This document shows positions 54,694 through 64,000 of a stretch of 64,000 nucleotides of DNA, piece after piece. Position 1 is the stretch's first letter, and each line of letters opens with the position of its first letter. Both the position numbers and the translations under genes were made by a program. Origin of the DNA: Hormiphora californensis (lineage: Eukaryota; Animalia; Ctenophora); the NCBI GenBank assembly GCA_020137815.1, contig CM035355.1, positions 2,852,001 through 2,916,000 on the forward strand. Reading direction: 5' to 3'. The notes below the pieces were generated by a model that ran no database searches, was not told the DNA's origin, and saw only the letters and a program-made list of their open reading frames with translations.

Positions 54694-55280
54694 TTTTTTC
54701 CCTGCCCGGGTGGATGCCGTAGGCATCCACCCGGATGCCTTTTTACTTTGTAAAAAGGCATAGCAGGGTTAGAATTCGAAAACGACATTTTGGTATACTA
54801 ACTAATCGGTAGAGGGACCATTTTGGTCACACTTTCGTTGCGAGGGGCAACCCGGTACCACCCGGTGTACTCAGCGTAGCAACTGAGCCGCGCACACAAC
54901 AACAAGTTGCTCCTTTATCAAAACTTACAATGGCACAGTTTGATGGACGTGTATGCGCGCGCCACTCAACAAAACATGAATAGCGCTGCCGCGTGTTTCG
55001 CGTGTTACATACACATTGTCATCTTGCGGGTCGAGTGTGAGAGGTTATATAAGTAGTTAAGTTGGAATGTCAAAAGCTGGTTAGTAAGTGTCATGTGAGT
55101 AAACTAAGCTATGTGAGAAGTATACTGACAGCTAGATCGTATGCATCTCACATTACATTATGACCAAGCCTTGATCCTGTTGACAGTGATACGTGAAACG
55201 GGTTGTTGAGTAAGAGTAACAAGAAACGGGAGGGCAGGGAAACACAGCATTATGAATACATAATGCAATGATTCTTGTTT
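54694..55280 (+). mobile_element. HINE-like element, copy 3
   Basis: subTIRs tttccctgcc / ggcagggaaa, double 5' hairpin, 3' stem-loop gcattatg-aata-cataatgc, end ttcttgttt. Confidence 0.7.
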
Positions 55281-56040
55281 GAGAAAAAAAACTCAACAGC
55301 TTTTACAGTGCTGTGGTAAATAGCATTTTGGGGAAGTTGGATTTAGGAACACCAACGAAGTGGTTAGGTGTTTAATGGTTACTGGTTAGGTGTTTATATT
55401 CTCAAATTCTGCAACCAGAATTTGCAAAAATTCCTTGCTAAATAACTTAATTTGAAACCGAATTCCAGTTGATGCACGTGCACCGTGTCCTATCATAATA
55501 TCCTTTGTTTTCTAAAAACCCTTCCACGTGTCATATCTCTCCCTTTGTTTGCCAGTGCAAGTTCTCTCCCCTTTTCTCCTCTTGTCCAAATACATCCCGT
55601 ATAATCGTGTAGTCAGTCCATTAGCAATAGAGTTCAAACGAGGATCTAGTATTTGACTGAGAGAGTGGGTGAGTGAAATGGGATGCATCACTCACATCCA
55701 TTATCCTAGACATAGCTATTGAGGGAGATCACAAAACGAGAGAAGGGAGAGAGAAAGAATGTGAAACCATTTCGCTTGTTCTTGGGAACCGTTTCGCGTC
55801 TGATTGCACTCTATAATAAGAACTCAAAACATTTTAGTGCCACAATCCTGACTAGACTCATACACACAAATAGTACCACTTGCTCGTAAGCACGAAACAG
55901 CCATTTCACTACTCTTTCTGTTATGCACGTTCACAATAACTATCGCTTCAGATATCTTAGTTCCTCCCAGCGCGGTTTGAACAAACTAATCTCAAAATTT
56001 TGTTTTATCGCGGGATCGCCTCATTTTTCATTATAGGTAT

Positions 56041-56990
56041 ATGCATATAAAATGTGTGGTGTTGTATGGGCTTAATATATCTTCCTTATAACTCATCTAT
56101 TTGGGGTATTAAAATCATACCGAGTCCAATCTTTTAGCAGGGGCCCGGAAGAGGGCCCGAATAGAGGAGAGAGACGGAAAGAGAGATGGAACCCAGGAAC
56201 CCCTCCTTCGCCTGACAGAGGGCACAATGGAGAGGCGACCTTCCGAGAAATTCAGAAGCATCCGGATGAGACACCCACCCGACTGAGGCGAAGACGTGAA
56301 ATGGGAGCGGCAGACCCACGACGAGAGACGAAGAGAGACGGAGAGAGCGGAAGAGAGAGGTTGACCAGCCAAGAGACGAGGAAGAGACCAAAAGGAGGAG
56401 AGAGAGAAGAGAGAAGAGGTTAACCAAGGTGAAGGGGACGGGAGGGAAAAGGAGGAAAGAGAGAAAGAAGGAGAGGGAAGTCACTAACTCATAGTTAAAC
56501 TGGGGATAAAGAATAGAGAGATAAAAAGAGCGAATAAAAGTAATGAAAGCTTGAAAGCTAAAGTTCAAAGGTTTGCGAATGCTGTGAATGGTGGTTTCTA
56601 GGTGGAGGCCGAGGTCCCAAGAGGGTGTCACATACAAAAAAATAGCGTCCCCCCAGGGATCTTTTGTTTGTGAATTTCGGGGGTTTTTGGGCTCTTAGCT
56701 CACCATCTTTCATTTGGCAGCAGTGGAAAAGGGTTGTTTATACAAGTGGGTCCCAATTTCCCGTAATAGGGGAATAATAGGAACAATGGAACATTTGGAA
56801 CTCCAAATTTGGCTTTTTTAAAAAACTAATTCGACTGGTTACCCGTTCTGGTTTTATTTTGTTTTCGCTTGCCAAAAACTATTGAGAAAAAGTTAATATT
56901 GGTATCATACAAATCGTCGTGAATCAGTTTAATCCCCAAATTATGTTGTAAAGCCATAATTAGTGGAATCCTTTCTTTGTCCCCTAACTC
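56041..56990 (+). repeat. Noisy duplicate of ~58870-59660 (likely uncollapsed haplotype or low-quality read)
   Basis: Colinear shared blocks (tgtgtggtgttgtatggg; gtgtcacatacaaaaaatagcgt; ggaacatttggaactccaaatttggcttt; caaatcgtcgtgaatcagttt) on either side of the N gap at 57011-57110. Confidence 0.8.
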
Positions 56991-58645
56991 CCTCAAACCC
57001 CCCCCTTTTTNNNNNNNNNNNNNNNNNNNNNNNNNNNNNNNNNNNNNNNNNNNNNNNNNNNNNNNNNNNNNNNNNNNNNNNNNNNNNNNNNNNNNNNNNN
57101 NNNNNNNNNNCGAGAAAGGAAAATTTTTTTGCCAGGAGAAGTGGGGGGGAAAAAAGGGAACCCCAATTCCCCATTGCCTTTTTCTTAAGAGGGGGAGCCC
57201 AAAAAAAAAGGGAAGGGAAGAAAAAAAAAAAAAGGGGGGGGGGGAAAAAACCGGGGGGGGGGCCCCCCCCTTTCCCCCCCCCCCCTGGGGTTTTCCTCTC
57301 ATTCATTCTGGGCCTTTCCCTTGATGCACTTTAAAAGAACCCCCAAAAATTTTAAGTGCTAACTCACTTGATTTGTGGGGTTTGTGTCACTCCTCAGGAA
57401 AACTCGACAGGGCAATGAAATTTCCCTGGAGTCTGACAATGATGTCTAACCGCTGGTATAAAAAACTTTGTTTTCTTTTAAAAAACTGGGTTTTGTATTT
57501 TTTAGGGGCTAGACTCATCCCCACAAATAGTACCCTTCGGGTAACCCAAAAAACAGCCTTTTACACCTTTCTGTTTCAAGTTCAAAAATAATTTCCCCCT
57601 TTTTCCCAGATATCTTAGTTCCTCCCCGCTTTGAAACAAAACAAATTCTCACTCTTTATTCCGGGGGTGCCTCTTATCATATCACTGCGCTGGCAACCAA
57701 AGGTGGCCCCCCCCCCCCCCCCCAAAAATTTTTTCCCGAAAAAGTGGGCCCTTTGCCAACAGCGTAGATATAACTTTTTGAAGTTTTGCCCTTTTTGGCC
57801 TTTTCGACCCCTCCTAACTCAGGAAAACCCCAGATGCTAGGGGCTAAAAAAAATTGGGTATAAAAACTTCCAATAGACCTCTACTGATGGTAAAAAATTT
57901 TAAGTAATAACCATTCCCGGGCGCAAATTTTTGACAAAACCCCCCCCCCAAAAAAATCATTTGGGGGATAGGTATATAAAAATAATATAAGATTGGGCGT
58001 TTCCCGTGTAAAATTTTAGCCCGAAACCCTACTATAAAAGACTTAACCAAGTTTTTTATCCCTTAGGAAAACTTCGGGGAATCTTGTTAAGGTTTCGAGT
58101 GAAATGTCCCTTGACGACCGTAATGAGTCCAAAAATACGTCATTGAAAAAATCTCAGACCCCAAATATTTTCAACCCTCAACAAACCCCCCCAAAAATGT
58201 ATTTTCCCATTCCTGTTTTACGGGAAAAACGTTAGTGGGGAAATTGTTGAATTTCAATTTTTTTTTTGGCGTTTTTTTCCCCTTGTCTTTTTTTGGGCCT
58301 TAAAAAAAAAAAAAAAAGCGTCAACTCAAAAAAGTGAATAAAAAACCCCCATAAAAAAATCACTTTCGGCAATAACTCAAATTTTTTTTTGCTAAAATGG
58401 CCTTTAAAACTTTTCACACCCCCTTTTTTTGTGCTTCATTGGCCAAAAGTCTGTTAATTGTTTTCGTTTTTCGTGACGTCAAAGTGTGACGTACGAGTCA
58501 AAACGACGCGAATTTCAAAAATTTTTCCCAAAAATCAAAAGTCCTACAAGCCCAGGATACATTTGAATTACATTTGAACACTTTAGTTGACAATTAGCTT
58601 AGTTGTTTGAGGTCATAAATGACCTCAAACGACCAAAAAAAAGAG

Positions 58646-58870
58646 TACAAATTTAGAGCAAAAACTAATTGAAATTAGTTCGCCAGAAAGGTGGCCCATT
58701 TCGAACTTACTCCTTCATTTCCGTCACCTTTTAGTTGAAGGCGGAAAAGTTTATGGATACCTCAATGTCTTTGAAGCCTCAACTCAAAGGTGAAGGAAAT
58801 GAAGGAGTAAGTTCGAAATGGGCCACCTTTCTGGCGAACTAATTTCAATTAGTTTTTGCTCTAAATTGTA
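58646..58870. mobile_element. TA-flanked MITE with ~90-bp TIRs
   Basis: aatttagagcaaaaactaattgaaattagttcgccagaaaggtggcccatttcgaacttactccttcatttcc and its exact reverse complement; TA at both ends. Confidence 0.88.
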
Positions 58871-58997
58871 TTATGCATAATTAATAATGTGTGGTGTTGT
58901 ATGGGGCCTAACAATATCTCTCTTATAACTCATCTATATTGTGGGTATAATAATCATACGAGTCTCAATCTTATGAGGTGGGTGCAAGCAGGGAGAG

Positions 58998-59090
<93 letters not shown>

Positions 59091-61555
59091 AGAGAGGGAG
59101 AGAGAGAGATCACTATCACTCATCAGTTGATAACATGGGGGCATAATAGAGATACCGAGAGATAAAAGGAGAGGGTAGTAAGAAGTAATAAACTTTCAAG
59201 TAAATGAGAATGTTGCAAAGAGAATATGAAACTGAAATTGTTAATGCCTGGTTTGCTGCATGGGTGTGTGCAGGGAGGTCCGAGGGGGTGTCACATACAA
59301 AAAATAGCGTTCCCCCAAGCATTATTTTGTTTGTCGAATTTCGGGGGTTTTTGGGCTCTTTAGCTCACCATCTTACACTGCAGCAGCTGGAAGGGGTTGT
59401 TATACCATGTGGTGTCCCATTATTCCCCTATAATAGGGGAATAATAGGACCACATGGAACATTTGGAACTCCAAATTTGGCTTTAAAAAACTAACTTCGA
59501 CTAGGTTTACCCGTTGCTGGTTATATTTTGTTTTCGCTTGCCCAAAAACTTATGAGATAAACAGTTAACTATTGGTTATCATATCAAATCGTCGTGAATC
59601 AGTTTCAATCCACAAATTACTGTCTGGATAAAGCCACTAATTAGTGGAAACCTTTGCTTTCGTCTCTCTCACTCTCTCTCTATCTCTCTCTCTCTCGGTC
59701 CACTACACGCACCACTCCCACATGGGGCCGTAAGGTCCCATGTGGAAACAGGGTTAAATCCCCCGAGCCCGGATCCTGTTGGATCTGAGGGCCCGGAGGG
59801 CCTGCGGAGTAAAGGTAGGTAGAACAATGTACATATGGGTAGGTAGAACAATGTACATATAGGTTAAGGTAAGGAAAAATTAAAATAAAATAGGGGAAGT
59901 AAAGCTCATGGTGGCGGAGCAAAAGACCTCCTAAACTATCTGGAAAGAAGCCCAATCTGCTGCAATGAAGCCTAAGGAGAGTCAACCTATCAGGAACAGA
60001 AGAAGCGAACCATCTGAATCTAAGGCAGCCTAAAACAAGCAGGAACGGGTTTAAAAAAATAATTAAGTGGGTACAAATACAGGAGGATGCTTACATGTCG
60101 AGAACTTTCCGGAGCGTGTTCATCGAGTTAAACAGGACCGACTTCTGGAGCTGAGAGGTGTATATCTGGCGGGTTATAGCAGACAGGTACTTCTCCAGTC
60201 GGGGGCTTACTCCACCAAGAGCTCCGATCACGATGGGGATGACCGTTACCTTTTTGAGTTCCCAGATTCTCGTGATCTCCCTCCGTAATTCCTGGTACTT
60301 CTCGATCTTCTCCACCTCCCTGTCCGAGACTATCCTGTCTTTCGGAACGGCAACATCAATGAGAAGTGCCTCTTTCTTTCTTTTGTCCAAAAGAACCAAG
60401 TCGGGCTTGCAGGCCTCGATGGGGTTGTCTGTTTGTATGTGGAAGTCCCAGAGTATCTTATAGTTGTCGTTTTCCAGTACTTTTTCTGCGTAATGGCTCC
60501 ACCACTTGGACTCTGCGGGGAATCCAAGGTCTCTACACATTCCCCAGTGTAGTGCAGCAGCTACTCGATCATGACGCAGTTTGTAGTCTCCATTGGCTAG
60601 TTTCGTGCATCCGTTGAGGATGTGTTCGACTGACTCATTGTGTTGGTTGCAGATACGGCATTTCTCTGTCATTCCGGTTTCTTTCTGTATGGCAGCTCTC
60701 AACCAGTTCGTGCGAGTGGCTTGATCCTGGGCAGCAAATACATCGGCTTCGGTGTATCTGCTGAGGCTCTCTTTGTTGAGCCAGGCCCAGGTCGCGTCAG
60801 GGTCGCAGCCCCCCTTCTTCAAGCTGCGTCAAGAATCTTCCATGTAACACTTTGCTCTTCCATTTCTCCATCAGCTCCGCTTCCAATCTTTCCTTGAGAG
60901 CTTCTGCATTCTCTGGGGGCGTGTTCATCATGTTCTCTCTCTGCATCGCTGCGTGGAGTGCACGTAACTTAGGGTCTGTGGTGTTGTTGAAGAAACGTCA
61001 CTAGTCCTGTTTCCTCCTTTACTATGACGTCTTCAATCCGCTGGAGGCCCCTTCCTCCCAGCTTCCTATTTACGTACAATCGATCAATGTCGCTGTTACT
61101 CTTGATGAACCCTCTTCTCAGGATCTTTCTAGTAATCATGTCTAATCCTTTGGCCTCAGCAGTGGTCCAGTCCAGTATCCCAGCACCGTAACGGATCACT
61201 GGTATCGCCCAGGTGTTGATCGCAGTGACAAGGTTCTTGCTATTCAGGCTCGAAGCTATTAGTCTTTTAATTCTTCTGATGTATTCAGATCTGACCTTCG
61301 TCTTCATCTCTTGGTGCAGGATATAGTCAACCTCCAGGATGCCGAGGTATTTATATCCACCATCTTCCACTTCCGGGATTGTATCTCCACTGGGTAGTTC
61401 GATACCTTGCATCTGTTGTCTGACCCCGTCAACAATGTCAATTGATCCACATTTAGCTATGCCAAAAGACATGTTGATATCGGTACTGAACTTCTCAGTA
61501 ACTTCCAGAAGATGTTGGAGGTCTTCTCTTGGCAGGTGAGTAGAACTTCGCTCCT

Positions 61556-61672
61556 AATAAAAGGCTGCAATAAAAGGCTGCAGAAAAAGGCTGCAATAAA
61601 AGGCTGCAATAAAAGGCTGCAATAAAAGGCTGCAATAAAAGGCTGCAATAAAAGGCTGCAATAAAAGGCTGC
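61556..61672. repeat. 13-bp tandem array aataaaaggctgc x9 (left TIR)
   Basis: Counted directly; unit 3 is the variant agaaaaaggctgc. Confidence 0.97.
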
Positions 61673-62668
61673 AAGGGATCACGTATCCAACCAGACTAAA
61701 GCGGGGGATAGACCGAATCGTCCTACCCTAATAGTGTTTCGTATCACGTATCGGCTGTAGAGAGACCGAATCACCATCCCCTAATTATAGTGATTCGTGT
61801 CACGTATCCAACTAGACCATATGCGATAGAGACCGAGATAGAGAGCGAGTACGAATGAGAACTGAGAGAGTGAAAAATCAGAATCACGGTATGGTATCAC
61901 GTACCATGGTATCCTCTAATGAAAAGCGGTTACCAATTGACAATGAGACCTCATCGGTCCCGATACGTGATTCTCTACCGCTATGTATTCTCCATTAGTC
62001 TTTCCGTATCGATCCACGATTCAGTAGAGGTAGTCAGTAACTACTGAGAGTGTTGGTCTAATGAGGTAGCTACCTACCGGTACGATAGATCCATTGATTG
62101 AGCGTGTAGCACAATGACAGGTGAACCACCCAACCACTTGGTTCACCTATCATAGTATTATGTGTGATTCCGCTCTACTGAATTGTGTACATAAAGACTA
62201 TTGGCGAATAACGGTAGAAAATCAGTAATCACGTATTGGCACCGATTAGGTGAAATTATAGGTAACCGCCTTTCATTTAATTAACCAACACTCTCAGTAG
62301 TTACTGACTACCTCTACTGAATCGTTGATCGATACGGAAAGACTAATGGAGAATACATAGCGGTAGAGAATCACGTATCGGGACCGATGAGGTCTCATTG
62401 TCAATTGGTAACCGCTTTTCATTAGAGGATACCATGGTACGTGATACCATACCGTGATTCTGATTTTTCACTCTCTCAGTTCTCACTCGTACTCGCTCTC
62501 TATCTCGGTCTCTATCGCATATGGTCTAGTTGGATACGTGACACGAATCACTATAATTAGGGGATGGTGATTCGGTCTCTCTACAGCCGATACGTGATAC
62601 GAAACACTATTAGGGTAGGACGATTCGGTCTATTCCCCGCTTTAGTCTGGTTAGATACGTGATCCCTT

Positions 62669-62798
62669 GCAGCCTTTTATTGCAGCCTTTTATTGCAGCC
62701 TTTTTCTGCAGCCTTTTATTGCAGCCTTTTATTGCAGCCTTTTATTGCAGCCTTTTATTGCAGCCTTTTTCTGCAGCCTTTTATTGCAGCCTTTTATT
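62669..62798. repeat. 13-bp tandem array gcagccttttatt x10 (right TIR)
   Basis: Counted directly; two variant units gcagcctttttct. Confidence 0.97.
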
Positions 62799-63522
62799 AG
62801 GAGCGAAGTTCTACTCACCTGCCCTTCTCTTGAACTTGAGTAAAGTTTCAAGTCGTCCATGTAGAGCCTATGATTAATGTTGATCACTTCTTCTTCCTCT
62901 TGTGTGTCTGGTGCGGATATGGTGTAGCCTCTTCCTTCGGCAGTTAGGAGCATGGACAGGGGGATTAGTCCGATAATGAAATGTATCGGGGAGACAGAGT
63001 CTCCTTGGAAGAGGCCTCTCTTGATATGTACTTTGCCTAAGGTGGAGCCGGACTGTACTAAATTGACTCTGCACTGCTGGAACGATGCTTGGAACAGTCT
63101 TATTATCTGGGGGTGTACTTTCAGCATTTCCATTGTCTTCAGGATCCAAGAGTGGGGGATGGAATCGTATGCCTTCTGATAGTCTATGAAGGCCATGTGT
63201 AGCTCAGTTTTGTTGCGCTTGCAGTGGCGAAGGATTAATTTGTCAATCGCTAACTGTTCTTTACACCCTCTGCTCTTCTTGCGGCACCCCTTCTGCTCCT
63301 CAGGGAATAAACTGTTTACATCCAGGTGCTCGTAAATGTCCTCTGATAAGATTCCTGTATACAACTTCCAAAGGTTTGGGAGGCAGGTGATGGGTCTAAA
63401 ATTCCCCGGGTTGGACATTCCCTTCTTGGGGTCTTTGATCAGGAGGAATGTTCTACCTTCAGTCATCCACTCTGGGACCTGACTTGTAGTGAGGCTGTCT
63501 GTCTCTCTCTTTCTCTCTCTCT

Positions 63523-63554
<32 letters not shown>

Positions 63555-64000
63555 CCCCCCTCTCGTTGTGTACTTATAATAGCTGTGGTTTACCTAAGAT
63601 CAATGCCATACAGAGTAACAACAAGAAGCTCTTTCTGCTCTCTACATATAATAACCTCCCTCTATACTGATCCAAGTAGCTCCACTCATGTGTACAAGCT
63701 TACTAGTTTATGCCATGCAACGTTACTTCATCTCTCCAACCTGTTAACCCGCTCAAAGCAGCTCCTCCGTATTTTACTAGACCTTAGCTCATTGTAATGA
63801 AAGCTCCTGACTAGTAATCTCCTGAGTAGTAAAGATACTGTAAGATTGTAAGTGAATTACTATATCATGCTACAATCGCGCTTCAATTCATGTTCCTTTC
63901 GTCAATTTCTGTTTACTCACTGTTGTTTTTACCCAACATGTAACAAGAGATCTCAGAATCTATCAGTATCATCCTCTCAAACCGTTATATTATTGCCCGT

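Larger units (their letters stand above)
61531..62823. mobile_element. 1293-bp fold-back DNA transposon (GG...CC ends, 8-bp TSD; Merlin-like termini, superfamily uncertain)
   Basis: TSD cttctctt (61523-61530, 62824-62831); near-perfect inverted arms 61531-62057 / 62284-62823; subterminal 13-bp arrays (9 and 10 units); no coding capacity seen. Confidence 0.95.
60091..63466 (-). pseudogene. Reverse transcriptase/endonuclease ORF, disrupted
   Basis: Split by the 61531-62823 insertion just after YMDDLKLY, plus two frameshifts (~60990 and ~60812) that bracket the KWKSKVLHGRFL block. Confidence 0.9.
59697..63492 (-). mobile_element. 5'-truncated non-LTR retrotransposon with C-terminal restriction-like endonuclease (R4/Dong-like clade)
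   Basis: RT motifs NFRPITCL, FIDYQKAYDSIPH, RGLFQGDSVSP, LYMDDLKLY, YKYLG, RLYV.RKLGGRGL; CCHC knuckle CRICNQHNESVEHILNGC; RHD and KPD..LIDVAVP..EKIEKY endonuclease; stop at 60091; ~395-nt 3' UTR running into (GA)n. Confidence 0.93.

Noticed and set aside
55940-59660. Apparent tandem segmental duplication
   Set aside because: One copy is riddled with small indels and the two flank an N gap, so an uncollapsed assembly is more likely than biology.
61457-62877. ORFs reading QPFIAAFYCSLLL repeats
   Set aside because: They are translations of the 13-bp TIR arrays, not a protein.

Overview
Intron-rich, (GA)n/(TC)n-saturated animal genomic scaffold with three 100-N gaps and several low-quality homopolymer-blurred stretches. 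It is probably a ctenophore: the 109-bp MITE at 17755-17863 resembles a repeat I recall from Pleurobrachia bachei, which is unverified. Genes I could splice together by hand: (1) the 5' half of a conventional protein kinase C (- strand, 8 exons, 17523->1819, kinase domain off the left edge); (2) an arylsulfatase B-like gene (- strand, core 27423->23073) with several candidate phase-1 upstream exons out to ~35000 and a duplicated RGFD exon; (3) an acidic/coiled-coil protein gene (+ strand, 36230->~48845); (4) a PRD-class Q50 homeobox gene (+, 46514-47615) that appears nested in an intron of gene 3 and whose homeodomain is out of frame. Mobile DNA: a three-level nest (TA-flanked MITE > MULE > 645-bp TIR element), three Helentron/HINE-like copies with covarying hairpins, several MITEs, and a defective REL-type non-LTR retrotransposon inside a (GA)n tract. 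The most striking item is a 1293-bp fold-back element inserted in that retrotransposon. Its TIRs place a perfect splice donor at one end and an array of splice acceptors at the other, in both orientations. Splicing to the outermost AG would leave a stop-free, in-frame 36-nt scar, making it a candidate orientation-independent introner. The same 13-bp repeat reads as tandem AATAAA signals on the other strand.
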